NCBI GenBank assembly: GCA_963697285.1
Contig: CAVONI010000012.1
Span: 383,548-447,547, forward strand
Direction: 5' to 3'
Source of the DNA: an uncultured Acidobacteriota bacterium
GTDB taxonomy: Bacteria; Acidobacteriota; Vicinamibacteria; Vicinamibacterales; JAFNAJ01
Length of the DNA: 64,000 bases
Below, one piece after another: positions 18,797 through 28,317 of this stretch. The notes beneath the pieces are model-generated. The model had not been told where the DNA came from, made no database searches, and saw only the letters and a list, made by a program, of their open reading frames with translations. The position numbers were made by a program, and so were the translations under genes. How positions within the stretch are numbered: position 1 is the stretch's first letter; each line of letters begins with the position of its first letter.

Positions 18797-18822
18797 GGGC
18801 CGCACTGGGGTGCGGCCCCTAC
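18797..18822. repeat. REP-like hairpin related to the 1015/1074 elements; probable lolC terminator
   Basis: gggccgcac-tggg-gtgcggccc forms a 9-bp stem, followed by ctac. It shares the ...gcggcccctac core with the copies at 1031-1043 and 1090-1102, and it abuts the lolC/E stop at 18819. Confidence 0.65.
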
Positions 18823-20051
18823 TGGTACCGGAGGGCCTGGGCAGGGTCGAGGCGGGCGGCCTGACGCGACGGGTAGATCGTCGCCACGAAGCAGATCACC
18901 ACCGCCGCGAGAATCACCATCACGAAGTCGAAGGGCACGATGCGGAACGGCACGTACGACACCTGGTAGACATCCATGGGGATGCGGATCAACTTGTAGG
19001 TGTTGCACACCCACGACACGACCGCACCGGCCGTGGCGCCCACCGTCGTGCCGACCAGGCCGATGATCAGGCCCTGCAGCAGGAAGATCGTCATGATGCT
19101 GTTGGCCGACGCGCCCATCGTCTTCAGGATCGCGATGTCGCGGCTCTTCTCCATCACCAGCAGGATGAGCGAGGCCACGATGTTCAGCGCCGCCACCATC
19201 ACGATGAGCCCGATCGTGATCGAGATCGCCATCTTCTCGAGCCACAGGGCCGAGAAGAGCGACTGGTTCAGGTCGGCCCAGTCCTGCGTGATGTAGCCCG
19301 TGCCGAGGTCGGTCGACAGCTGCTCGGCCACCTGCGGCGCCGCGTAGATGTCGTCGATGCGCAGTTGCACGAAGTCGGCGCGATCGCGATCCACGAGTCG
19401 TTGGGCCACGCCCAGCGAGACGAAGCCGTACGCGGAGTCGAACTCGAAGAGCCCGAGGGTGAAGATGCCGACGACCTCGAGCCGCCGGGTGCGCGGCATC
19501 ATCCCCATCGGCGACAACGATCCGTGCGGCGTGAGCACCGACACCGAGTCGCCCACCGCGACGCCGAGTCGCCTGGCGAGGTCGGTCCCGATGACGATGC
19601 CGTCGGGGGAGGTGTCAGTGGCCGGCGTCAGCCCGGCAAGGCCGCCCGACTGCATGACGCGGGCAATGTCGGTCACGCGCGTCTCGAGCACCGGATCGAT
19701 GCCCTTGACGGTGATGAATCCCTCACCCTTGTCGGTGGTGACGAGTGCCTTGCCGAGCACGGCCGGCGCGGCGCCGAGCACGTGGGGCTGGGCCGCGAGC
19801 TTCGCGACCTCGGCGGGATAGTCTGCGATCCCCCCCTCGCCTACCTTCCAGACGTACACGTGCGCCGCCGAGCCGACGATACGGTCGCGGAGTTCCTGCT
19901 GGAGGCCGGTCATCAGGGCCAGTGCGATGACCAGCGCCATCACGCCCACCGTCACGCCGACCGTCGAGATCAGCGAGATCAGCGACAGGAAGGCCTGCTT
20001 GCGGCGCGCAAGCAGGTAGCGCATGGCGACGTAGAACTCGAAGTGCCTCAT
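18819..20051 (-). CDS. Lipoprotein-releasing system permease, LolC/LolE family (FtsX-type)
   Basis: 410 aa beginning MRHFEFYVAMRYLLARRKQAFLSLISLISTVGV. It has four TM segments with a large periplasmic loop. The ATG overlaps the lysS stop as ATGA. Confidence 0.85.
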   Translation of the reverse strand: MRHFEFYVAMRYLLARRKQAFLSLISLISTVGVTVGVMALVIALALMTGLQQELRDRIVGSAAHVYVWKVGEGGIADYPAEVAKLAAQPHVLGAAPAVLGKALVTTDKGEGFITVKGIDPVLETRVTDIARVMQSGGLAGLTPATDTSPDGIVIGTDLARRLGVAVGDSVSVLTPHGSLSPMGMMPRTRRLEVVGIFTLGLFEFDSAYGFVSLGVAQRLVDRDRADFVQLRIDDIYAAPQVAEQLSTDLGTGYITQDWADLNQSLFSALWLEKMAISITIGLIVMVAALNIVASLILLVMEKSRDIAILKTMGASANSIMTIFLLQGLIIGLVGTTVGATAGAVVSWVCNTYKLIRIPMDVYQVSYVPFRIVPFDFVMVILAAVVICFVATIYPSRQAARLDPAQALRYQ

Positions 20052-21550
20052 TCGCTGCGCGGACGCATCAGGGGGAACAGGATGACGTCACGGATGGACG
20101 GGCTGTTGGTGAGCAGCATGGTCAGGCGGTCGATGCCCACGCCGACGCCCCCGGTGGGCGGCAGGCCGAACTCGAGCGCGCGGATGTAGTCCTCGTCCAT
20201 CTGGTGCGCCTCGGCATCGCCCGCGGCGCGCTGCTCGAGCTGCTCCTCGAATCGCCGGCGCTGCTCGGCGGGATCGTTGAGCTCACTGAAGCCGTTGGCC
20301 ACCTCGAAGCCTCCGATGTAGAGCTCGAAGCGTTCCACCGTCTCGGGATCGTCATCGCGTTGCTTCGCGAGCGGCGACACCTCGGTCGGGAAGTCGTGGA
20401 CGTAGGTCGGCTGGATCATCGAGTCCTCCCAGAGGCGCTCGAAGACGTCGGTCGCGATCTTTCCCGGGCCGGTACCCTTCATGACCTCGATGCCGAGACG
20501 CCCTGCGACGCTGGCGGCCTTCTCGCGATCCCGCAGGTCTGCCACCGTGACCGTCTCGCCGAGCCGTTCCGACGCCCGCTCGGCCGCTGCCTCGCGGAGG
20601 TTCAGCCTGCGGAACGGCGCCTGCAACACGATTGTATGCCCGCGGAACTCCAGCGTGTCGGTGCCGGTGATCCTGGTCGCCACCTCGATGCACAGCGACT
20701 CGATCATCGCCATCACGGATTCGTAGTCGGCATACGCCTCGTACGACTCGAGCATGGTGAACTCGGGGTTGTGCTGGGTCGAGACGCCTTCGTTCCTGAA
20801 GTTGCGGTTGATCTCGAACACGCGCTCCATCCCGCCGACGACGAGCCGCTTCAGGTACAGCTCCGGCGCAATGCGCATGAAGAGCGGCATGTCGAGCGCG
20901 TTGTGGTGCGTCCTGAACGGCCGCGCGAGCGCGCCGCCCGCGATCGGCTGCAACATCGGCGTCTCGACCTCGAGGAACCCGCGCGACGTGTAGAAATCGC
21001 GGATCGCCTTGATCATGTGGCTGCGCGTTTCGAACACGCGGCGCGAGTCGGGGTTGACGATCAGGTCGAGGTACCGCTGCCGATAGCGCGTCTCGACGTC
21101 CTGCAGCCCGTGCCACTTCTCGGGCAGCGGCAGGAAGCACTTGGCGAGGAACTCGACGCGTCCGGCCCAGATCGAGAACTCGTCGGTTTTCGTCCGGAAC
21201 AACCGGCCCTCGACGCCGATCTGGTCGCCGAAGTCCAGGTGCGTGGCGATGGCGAAGTCACGCTCGCTGACGCTGTCCTTGCGCACGTAGACCTGGACGC
21301 GGGCGCGACCATCCGACACGACGAGGAACAGCGCCTTGCCGAAGCTACGGATCGACAGCACGCGGCCGCCGACGCGGGCGGTCGTCGCGGCCTGCTGGAG
21401 TTCGTCAGACGTCTTGCGGCCATGGTCGGCCACCAGCGCCGCCACCGTCGTTGTGGCGTCGAACGCGTGCGGATACGCGCTGACGCCGCGCTCGACCAAC
21501 GCGGCGAGGTTGGCGCGTCGTTGGGCGAGAAGGTCGAGATCCTGTGACAT
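20048..21550 (-). CDS. lysS: Lysine--tRNA ligase (class II)
   Basis: 500 aa with an OB-fold N-domain and class II motifs (FLEVETPMLQ, NFRNEG, GGVGVGIDRLTMLL). Confidence 0.9.
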   Translation of the reverse strand: MSQDLDLLAQRRANLAALVERGVSAYPHAFDATTTVAALVADHGRKTSDELQQAATTARVGGRVLSIRSFGKALFLVVSDGRARVQVYVRKDSVSERDFAIATHLDFGDQIGVEGRLFRTKTDEFSIWAGRVEFLAKCFLPLPEKWHGLQDVETRYRQRYLDLIVNPDSRRVFETRSHMIKAIRDFYTSRGFLEVETPMLQPIAGGALARPFRTHHNALDMPLFMRIAPELYLKRLVVGGMERVFEINRNFRNEGVSTQHNPEFTMLESYEAYADYESVMAMIESLCIEVATRITGTDTLEFRGHTIVLQAPFRRLNLREAAAERASERLGETVTVADLRDREKAASVAGRLGIEVMKGTGPGKIATDVFERLWEDSMIQPTYVHDFPTEVSPLAKQRDDDPETVERFELYIGGFEVANGFSELNDPAEQRRRFEEQLEQRAAGDAEAHQMDEDYIRALEFGLPPTGGVGVGIDRLTMLLTNSPSIRDVILFPLMRPRSE

Positions 21551-21584
21551 GGGTATGCCTGATCGGCGAGTGCGCCGTGAATGT

Positions 21585-22034
21585 TCAGCTGACCTGGCGG
21601 CCCGTCAGGTCACCGTGGATGGCGTCGAGCACACCGTTGGCAAACCTGACGGCCGCTTCGCCCGAGTATCGGCGCGCGAGTTCGAGCACGTCGTTCATGA
21701 ACTGGCCGATGCCCGCGCTGCCCCGCTGGTGTCGCAGTTCACACGTGGCCAGGCGCAGCACGAGCCGGTCGATCACCTGCATGCGCGACAGGCGCCAGTT
21801 GCTGGCATGTGCCTCGATGAGCGCGTCGATCTCGGCAATCGATGCCGCCGTGTCGCGCGCGAGCACCATGGCGGCGGCAAGCTGCCCCTCGGTCACGGCG
21901 AGCGGCGTCACCCTGGGATAGGACTGGAACACGTCGTCGAGATCCGTGGACGACACTTCCCACTGGTAGAGCATCTGGAGGGCAACTTCGCGCACGAGCG
22001 GCGTGGCGAAGGCCGTGGCCCCGGTCTCGCTCAT
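21585..22034 (-). CDS. nusB: Transcription antitermination factor NusB
   Basis: 149 aa from ATG 22034, which overlaps the ribH stop as ATGA. Contains REVALQMLYQWE and NGVLDAI. The ribH-nusB order is conserved. Confidence 0.85.
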   Translation of the reverse strand: MSETGATAFATPLVREVALQMLYQWEVSSTDLDDVFQSYPRVTPLAVTEGQLAAAMVLARDTAASIAEIDALIEAHASNWRLSRMQVIDRLVLRLATCELRHQRGSAGIGQFMNDVLELARRYSGEAAVRFANGVLDAIHGDLTGRQVS

Positions 22035-22534
22035 ACCCGCACCGACGGCAGGGGCCGCGCGCCGATCGCGCGCAGGACGTGCACCATCTCGAGGGCCGCC
22101 AGCGCAGCCTCGCGGCCCTTGTTCTCCGGGCCGGCAACAGCACGTTCTGCTGCCTCGGCGTGCGTGTTCGTGGTCAGCACCCCGAACGCCACCGGAATGC
22201 CCAGGTCGGCGGAGGCCTGCATCAAGCCGTGCGACATCGCCGACGAGATGTACTCGAAGTGCGGGGTCGCACCGCGAATCAGGCAACCAAGGCACACGAT
22301 GGCGTCGAACCGGCCGGTCTGCCCCGCTGCCCGCGCGGCGAGGGGGATCTCGAACGCCCCGGGCACCGCAAACTGCTCGATGTCGCCCTCGGCGGCCCCG
22401 GCGTCGCGCAGGCCCTCGACCGCCCCGTCGCGCAGGCGCTCGGTGATGTCGGCGTTGAAGCGCGCCACGATGACTGCCACCCGCACGCCGCGGGCGCTTG
22501 GCAACGTTGCGGCCGCGGCGGCTCCCCCTTGCAT
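22031..22534 (-). CDS. ribH: 6,7-dimethyl-8-ribityllumazine synthase
   Basis: 167 aa with VAVIVARFNADITERL, VPGAFEIP and GCLIRGATPHFEY. Confidence 0.9.
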   Translation of the reverse strand: MQGGAAAAATLPSARGVRVAVIVARFNADITERLRDGAVEGLRDAGAAEGDIEQFAVPGAFEIPLAARAAGQTGRFDAIVCLGCLIRGATPHFEYISSAMSHGLMQASADLGIPVAFGVLTTNTHAEAAERAVAGPENKGREAALAALEMVHVLRAIGARPLPSVRV

Positions 22535-22549
22535 GCTCGTCGTCTCTCC

Positions 22550-23332
22550 CTAGCTGCCCGTGAAGGTCGGCTTGCGCTTCTCGACGAAGGCGCGCGTGCC
22601 CTCGCGCATGTCGTCGGTGGCCGAGACCAGCCCGAACAGCATGGCCTCGATCGCAGCCCCTTCGGCAAGCGAGACGTCGAGCCCGCGATTGACGGCGTCG
22701 AGCGCGTACCGCATCGCAACCGGCGCCTTGGCTGCCAGTGTCTGGGCGAACGCCGTGACCTCGGCCACGAGTTCAGCAGCGGGCACCACGCGCGTCACGA
22801 GACCGATCGCCAGCGCTTCGGAGGCCTGCACGTGACGCCCGGTGAGGATCAGGTCGAGCGCGCGGTCGCGGCCGACCAGTCGTGCCAGCCGCTGCGTGCC
22901 GCCGTAGCCCGGGATGATGCCGAGGTTGACCTCGGGCTGGCCCAGGCGTGCCGTATCGGCCGCGATGCGGAACGTGCACGCCATCGCCAGCTCGCACCCT
23001 CCGCCCAGCGCGAAGCCGTTGATGGCGGCAATGGTCGGCTTGCCCATCTCCTCGAACAGCGCGAACACGTGCTGGCCGCGCGCGGCGCGATCGCGTCCCT
23101 CGGCTGGCGACTGCCCGATGAACTCGTTGATGTCGGCCCCGGCGATGAACGACTTCTCACCGGCGCCCGTCACGACGACCACGCGCACCGAGGCGTCGGC
23201 ACGCAGTTCGAGGGCCACGCGTCGCAGTTCGTCGACGGTCTGGGCGTTGAGGGCGTTGAGGACGTTGGGGCGGTTCACCGTGACGGTCGCAACGGCGCCA
23301 TCGCGTGCGACCAGCAGGTTCTCGTAGCTCAT
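22550..23332 (-). CDS. Enoyl-CoA hydratase/isomerase (crotonase) family protein
   Basis: From ATG 23332 (MSYENLLV). Contains NRPNVLNALN, TGAGEKSFIAGADI and GGGCELAMAC. Confidence 0.85.
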   Translation of the reverse strand: MSYENLLVARDGAVATVTVNRPNVLNALNAQTVDELRRVALELRADASVRVVVVTGAGEKSFIAGADINEFIGQSPAEGRDRAARGQHVFALFEEMGKPTIAAINGFALGGGCELAMACTFRIAADTARLGQPEVNLGIIPGYGGTQRLARLVGRDRALDLILTGRHVQASEALAIGLVTRVVPAAELVAEVTAFAQTLAAKAPVAMRYALDAVNRGLDVSLAEGAAIEAMLFGLVSATDDMREGTRAFVEKRKPTFTGS

Positions 23333-23387
23333 GGGTGGCGACCGATAACGTGCGCGCATCCGCGCGAGAAGGGGTACAGAACCCGCG

Positions 23388-23792
23388 TCAACGGCCGCGC
23401 CGTGACCGGGCTCGCACTGAGCGCGCGATTATACCGCACGCCCACAGGGCCGAAACCGCCGCAAACGCGCCCGCCGCGTCGGCGGCCAGGTCGAGTCCGT
23501 CGGCCGAACGCCCGGGCACGAACGACTGATGGAACTCGTCGGTGGCCCCGTAGACCGTGGCGATCGCCCACGCCACCGCGGCGTCGCGCACCGTGATGGC
23601 CGAGACATCGCCGCGCGTCCGTGCGCGTACGAGCAGGATCGCCAGCACGCCGTAGACGGCGCCGTGCACCTGCTTGTCGGTGTTCCCGGGAAGCGCAGGG
23701 AGTCTGGCCGTCGACGAGAAGGCGAAGATGGCGACCATCAGCGCGACCGCCGGGCCCCACCACCACCATCCGGGACGAGGCGCGGCGATCAC
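23388..23792 (-). CDS. VanZ-like membrane protein
   Basis: 134 aa with four hydrophobic segments. Contains DKQVHGAVYGVL and GATDEFHQSFVPGRSADGLDLAAD, resembling VanZ-family motifs. Confidence 0.55.
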   Translation of the reverse strand: MIAAPRPGWWWWGPAVALMVAIFAFSSTARLPALPGNTDKQVHGAVYGVLAILLVRARTRGDVSAITVRDAAVAWAIATVYGATDEFHQSFVPGRSADGLDLAADAAGAFAAVSALWACGIIARSVRARSRRGR

Positions 23793-23977
23793 CCGCCGAT
23801 GGGGAACAGCCGCAGCACCCAGCCCAGGGCCAGGGCGGCGCCGAGGAATCCGCCCGTCAACTGCGCCGTGAGCTTGACCTGCTCGTCAACCGCGTCGCGC
23901 TGCAGGACCGCGAACACGATCGACACGCAGAGGGAGAAGACCGCGAGCCAGAGCAGGTGGCTGTTCATCGCTGCCAC
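23789..23977 (-). CDS. Small two-TM membrane protein (hypothetical)
   Basis: 62 aa, hydrophobic, wedged between neighbours. GTG 23977 directly follows the upstream TAG, and its stop overlaps the VanZ-like ATG. An alternative start is ATG 23968. Confidence 0.4.
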   Translation of the reverse strand: MAAMNSHLLWLAVFSLCVSIVFAVLQRDAVDEQVKLTAQLTGGFLGAALALGWVLRLFPIGG

Positions 23978-24379
23978 CTACTTCCGTCCCACGCTGATGT
24001 CGTAGGCGTCGAGCACGATCAGCATGTTGAGCAACCCGGCCACGATCAGGAAGGTGTTGCCGTACTCGTAGGTCGGCGCGACCACGGTGCCGGCGCCCGC
24101 CCCCATCATCCAGGCGACGAAATACAGCGCGCCGATGCCGACGTCCGCCCCGGCGGCCAGGGCCACCAGCGGCTGCGACCACTCGAACGGGAAGATGCGC
24201 CCCTGCAGGAGCAACCCGAGCCCGAACATCAGGGGCACGACCGCGAGGAACACGAGCCCTTTCTGCGTCCGCTTGAGCAGGAGGTGCCCGAGCCCGGGCA
24301 GCAGCCACGCGGCGACGCACATGAACAGGGCCGACGAGCGGTCGAGGGCTGGGGAACGATCAACGGCAGTAGCGCGCAT
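23978..24379 (-). CDS. Multi-pass membrane protein (hypothetical)
   Basis: ATG 24379 is preceded by GGAG. Contains LLPGLGHLLLKRTQKG plus three further hydrophobic segments. I do not recognise a family. Confidence 0.45.
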   Translation of the reverse strand: MRATAVDRSPALDRSSALFMCVAAWLLPGLGHLLLKRTQKGLVFLAVVPLMFGLGLLLQGRIFPFEWSQPLVALAAGADVGIGALYFVAWMMGAGAGTVVAPTYEYGNTFLIVAGLLNMLIVLDAYDISVGRK

Positions 24380-24482
24380 GAGACTCCATCGAGACCGCAC
24401 CGGGCGGAGCGATCGTGTCCAGTGACACGAACGACTAGTGTAACGCACGCCGGGCCGACGGGGCGGAGGCGCGGGCGAGGGC

Positions 24483-24971
24483 TCAGCGCAGCCATCCCGT
24501 CGCGGCGCGGGTGACCACCCAGCCGGTCACGGCGCCGAGGGGCAGCGCGCTGAACGCACGTCCCCCCATGGACGGCACGAACAGCCCGCTCACCTCGAGG
24601 CCCCAGGCCAGGGCCGTGGGGAGCGCGCTCCACACCAGCACCATCCGCATGCGCGGCACGCTGTCGTGCGATCGCCCGCGGGCCGACGCCGTCCACAGGA
24701 GTGCCAGGGCCGCCCCGGCCGCTCCCGACGCGTAGAGCCCGGTGCAGCGTGCGCAGACGGGCATCGGCGTGCCGACAAGGGCAAACGACCGCTCGGGCCG
24801 TTGGTGACATACTCGGCTGGCCAGGCTGTACACCGCGCCCGCCGCCGCTGCGCGCGGAGAGGTCACCGACGCCCGCCACGACGGCGTCACGACCAGCAGC
24901 GCCACCCACGCCAGCGCGGCGGCCGCGATGACGGCCGCCAGCAGCAGGCGCAGGCGCGGTCGCGTCGGCAC
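24483..24971 (-). CDS. DUF2085-like membrane protein
   Basis: Contains CHQRPERSF...PVCARCTGLY, the pattern typical of DUF2085. The likely start is GTG 24971, 2 nt after the pfkB stop. The 256-aa ORF start lies inside pfkB and is rejected. Confidence 0.55.
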   Translation of the reverse strand: MPTRPRLRLLLAAVIAAAALAWVALLVVTPSWRASVTSPRAAAAGAVYSLASRVCHQRPERSFALVGTPMPVCARCTGLYASGAAGAALALLWTASARGRSHDSVPRMRMVLVWSALPTALAWGLEVSGLFVPSMGGRAFSALPLGAVTGWVVTRAATGWLR

Positions 24972-24972
24972 G

Positions 24973-25914
24973 CTACACCGGCAGGACGATGGGCCCGAAG
25001 TGACGCTCGTATCGACTTGAGAACTCGTCCCACGAGAAGTTGTGGCTCTGCGCGCCCATCTGCTCGAGCACGAAGGCGGCGGCCACGCTGCCGATCTGCG
25101 CGCTGACCTGGTAGCCCACGCCGAGCGCGAGCCCCCGCAGCAACCCCGCACGGAACGCGTCGCCGACACCTGTCGGATCGGCCTCCTGCTGGGGCGGCAC
25201 GGCCGCGATCGTGTATTCGGCGTCGGACGTCCAGATCGTCGAGCCCTTCTCACCGCGCGTCACGATGACCGCGTCGGACTGCTGGAGGATGCTGGCCGCC
25301 TCGAGTCCCGTCTTCTGCCGGATCAGTTCGTACTCGTAGTCATTGCAGATCAGCATGTGCGCGCCCACGATGCCGGCCCGCAACTCCTCGGCCGTCGACC
25401 GGGCGCACTGCTGGCCGGGATCGTAGATGTACTTGATCCCCAGGTCGCGGCATTCCTGCGCGTACTTGACCATGGCCGCCGGGTCGTTGGGCGAGATGAT
25501 CGCGAGGTCACAGGGGCCGGCGTCGGTGAACGAGAGTTCAGCGGCGTGCGCCATGGCGCCGGTGTAGAACGAGGCGATCTGGTTGTTGTCGCGGTCGCTG
25601 CTGCAGAAGAACGACGCGCTGAACTTGCCGGGAATCTCGCGGACCAGCGAGGTGTCGACGCCGTGCCGCTCGAGCCACTGGCGGTACTCCGGGAAGTCCT
25701 GGCCGGCCGTCGCCATCAGGACCGGGCGCTCGCCCAGCAGCGCCAGCGTGTAGGCGATGTTCGGGGCGCAGCCGCCCCGCCGCTTGTCCATGGTGTCGAC
25801 CAGGAAGCTGAGGCTGATCCGCGACAGGTGGTCGGGCAGGATGTGTTCGCTGAAGGAGCCCGGGAACGACATCAGGTAGTCGTAGGCAATCGAACCGGTG
25901 ACGATGATGCGCAT
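24973..25914 (-). CDS. PfkB-family carbohydrate/nucleoside kinase (adenosine-kinase-like)
   Basis: From ATG 25914 (MRIIVTGSIAYDY). Contains GGCAPNIAY and the C-terminal DPTGVGDAFRAG anion-hole motif. Confidence 0.8.
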   Translation of the reverse strand: MRIIVTGSIAYDYLMSFPGSFSEHILPDHLSRISLSFLVDTMDKRRGGCAPNIAYTLALLGERPVLMATAGQDFPEYRQWLERHGVDTSLVREIPGKFSASFFCSSDRDNNQIASFYTGAMAHAAELSFTDAGPCDLAIISPNDPAAMVKYAQECRDLGIKYIYDPGQQCARSTAEELRAGIVGAHMLICNDYEYELIRQKTGLEAASILQQSDAVIVTRGEKGSTIWTSDAEYTIAAVPPQQEADPTGVGDAFRAGLLRGLALGVGYQVSAQIGSVAAAFVLEQMGAQSHNFSWDEFSSRYERHFGPIVLPV

Positions 25915-25972
25915 GGCAGGTGGGGTCGGACGTGTCGTCGATGACGTGCAGTGAATGGGCGGCAGGCGCGGC

Positions 25973-26836
25973 TCAGCGCACGTACTTGCCGATGATGGGT
26001 GCGAGGTCGCGCTTGACCTGTTCGGGAATCGCGTCGGCGTGCGTGATGATCGCCGCCGAGAGCGCCGACGCGCAGTCGTTCGGATAGCGCCCCGTGCCGA
26101 GCGCCTCGACGGCATGCGCGATGACCTGCTGGGCCGTGCGGGCGTTCTGCTGCAGGTGGTGGATGACCATGTCGACGGTCACCGAGTCGTGGTCGGGGTG
26201 CCAGCAGTCGTAGTCGGTCACCAGCGCCAGCGTCGCGTACGCGATCTCGGCCTCACGCGCCAGCTTCGCCTCCTGCAGGTTCGTCATCCCGATGATGTCG
26301 AAGCCCGATTGGCGATAGAACTCCGATTCCGCCTTCGTCGAGAAAGCCGGCCCTTCCATGCACACGTAGGTGCCGCCCTTGTGGACCGTGGCGCCGGCGG
26401 CCACGGCTGCCGCGTGCAGCAGGTCGGCGACCACCGTCGAGACCGGATGGCCGAAGGCCACGTGGGCGGCCAGGCCGTTGCCGAAGAACGTGCTCGCGCG
26501 CCCGTACGTGCGGTCGAAGAACTGGTCGGGCACCACGAGGTCGAGCGGCGCGATGTCAGCGCGAAGCGATCCGACGGCGCTCGCCGACAGGATCCACTCG
26601 ACGCCCAGCGTCTTGAACCCGAAGATGTTCGCGCGGTAGTTGAGTTCCGAGGGCAGGAGGCGATGCCCCGCACCGTGCCTGGCGAGGAACGCCACCCGCT
26701 GGCCGCGCAGCACGCCTGTCACATAGGGGCCGGACGGATCCCCGAACGGGGTCGACACCGGCACCTCGTGCCGGTCCGTGAGTTCCGCCATGTCGTAGAG
26801 GCCGCTGCCGCCGATGATGCCGATCGTCATGCTCAT
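25973..26836 (-). CDS. mtnP: S-methyl-5'-thioadenosine phosphorylase
   Basis: Contains IGIIGGSGLY, FLARHG.GH, NYRANI and VCMEGPAFSTKAES, typical of MTAP. Confidence 0.9.
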   Translation of the reverse strand: MSMTIGIIGGSGLYDMAELTDRHEVPVSTPFGDPSGPYVTGVLRGQRVAFLARHGAGHRLLPSELNYRANIFGFKTLGVEWILSASAVGSLRADIAPLDLVVPDQFFDRTYGRASTFFGNGLAAHVAFGHPVSTVVADLLHAAAVAAGATVHKGGTYVCMEGPAFSTKAESEFYRQSGFDIIGMTNLQEAKLAREAEIAYATLALVTDYDCWHPDHDSVTVDMVIHHLQQNARTAQQVIAHAVEALGTGRYPNDCASALSAAIITHADAIPEQVKRDLAPIIGKYVR

Positions 26837-26944
26837 GCGCTCGTGCACCGCAGCGGCGCCTGCCGCTGCAGAAAGAGTGTTGGAAATCGGGTCACACAAC
26901 TCCCGGCGTGAGGGTGCTCGGCACGAACACTCCGGGAACGATTC

Positions 26945-27355
26945 TCAGTGCGCCTGTTGCTTCAATTCGACGAGGACGCCGCCCGTCGCCGATGGGTGCA
27001 CGAACGCCACCAGGGCACCTTCGGCCCCCGGGCGCGGCACTTCGTCGATCAGCCGGATCCCTTGCTGCTTCAGCCGTCGCAGGGCCGCCGCGACGTCGTC
27101 GACCCTGAAGGCGAGGTGGTGCAGACCCGGGCCACGCTTGGCGACGTACCGGGCCACCACCGACTCCGGCGTGGTCGCCTCCAGCAATTCCAGCGTCACC
27201 TTGCCCTGTCCGGCGGGCACGAAGTGGGCGCGCACACGTTGCGACGCGACCTCGTCGACGGCTTCGACCTCGAAGCCGAGCACCGTGTGCAACCACGCGA
27301 TGGTCTCGTCGAGCTGCGCCACCGCGATGCCGATGTGATCGAGTTCGAACTTCAT
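26945..27355 (-). CDS. mce: Methylmalonyl-CoA epimerase (VOC family)
   Basis: 136 aa with LDHIGIAV and GLHHLAF. It lies downstream of meaB, with a TGATG overlap. Confidence 0.8.
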   Translation of the reverse strand: MKFELDHIGIAVAQLDETIAWLHTVLGFEVEAVDEVASQRVRAHFVPAGQGKVTLELLEATTPESVVARYVAKRGPGLHHLAFRVDDVAAALRRLKQQGIRLIDEVPRPGAEGALVAFVHPSATGGVLVELKQQAH

Positions 27356-28317
27356 CAGTGCTCCTGCCTTTCCGCATCCCCCAGCGCGCGGCGCATGATC
27401 GCATCGACCACGGAGTAGTGATCGATCTGGCGGGCCGCGACGCTGTCGAGCATTCCTGCCATCTCGCCGGCGCCGAGCACGTGGCGCTCGACGTGCTGCA
27501 GGAAGCGATGGCCCAGCAGCTCGCGCAGCCGGAACTCCGCGCGGGCGCGCCGCCGCGGGCCGTGCACGGGGCCCGTATGTGCGCGGAACGCCTCGATGGC
27601 CGCCCACAGGTCGGTGACGCCCTGGCCCGACGTCGCCACCGTGCGCACGATCGGGGGCCGCCACGCGCCCGCCGGCGACTGCTGGAGTGACTGCATCGCC
27701 TCGATCGACGCCACCGCCCGATCGGCACCCTCCCGATCGGCCTTGTTCACCACGAAGACATCGGCGATCTCCATGATCCCCGCCTTGATCGCCTGGACCT
27801 CGTCGCCGGATCCCGGGACGACCGTCACCACCGACGCATCGGCTGTGCGCACGATCTCGATCTCGTCCTGCCCCACCCCCACCGTCTCGATGATGATGAC
27901 GTCGACGCCGGCCGCGTCGAGCACGAGGGCCGCGTCGCCGGTCGTCCGCGCCAGCCCGCCGAGGTGCCCGCGCGTCGCCATGCTGCGGATGAACACCCCG
28001 GGATCGGCGGCGTGCGCCTGCATCCTGACACGATCACCGAGGATGGCGCCCCCCGTGAACGGACTCGTGGGATCCACGGCGATGACACCGACCGCCAGAC
28101 CCCGTCCGCGCAGATCGCCGACCATCCGGTCGACGAGCGTGCTCTTGCCCGCCCCGGGCGGTCCGGTCACCCCCACCAGGTACGCACGGCCCGTCGCCGG
28201 AAAGATGCGCTGGATGATGGCCGTCGCCGCGGGCGCTTCGTCCTCGATCAGCGAGATGGCGCGCGCCATGGCGCGCGGGTCGCCCTCGATGACCCGGTCT
28301 GCAAGCGACACGGTCAC
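27355..28317 (-). CDS. meaB: Methylmalonyl-CoA mutase-associated GTPase MeaB/ArgK
   Basis: GTG 28317 overlaps the upstream stop as GTGA. Contains the P-loop [18 protein letters not shown] and VNKAD. Confidence 0.85.
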   Translation of the reverse strand: MTVSLADRVIEGDPRAMARAISLIEDEAPAATAIIQRIFPATGRAYLVGVTGPPGAGKSTLVDRMVGDLRGRGLAVGVIAVDPTSPFTGGAILGDRVRMQAHAADPGVFIRSMATRGHLGGLARTTGDAALVLDAAGVDVIIIETVGVGQDEIEIVRTADASVVTVVPGSGDEVQAIKAGIMEIADVFVVNKADREGADRAVASIEAMQSLQQSPAGAWRPPIVRTVATSGQGVTDLWAAIEAFRAHTGPVHGPRRRARAEFRLRELLGHRFLQHVERHVLGAGEMAGMLDSVAARQIDHYSVVDAIMRRALGDAERQEH

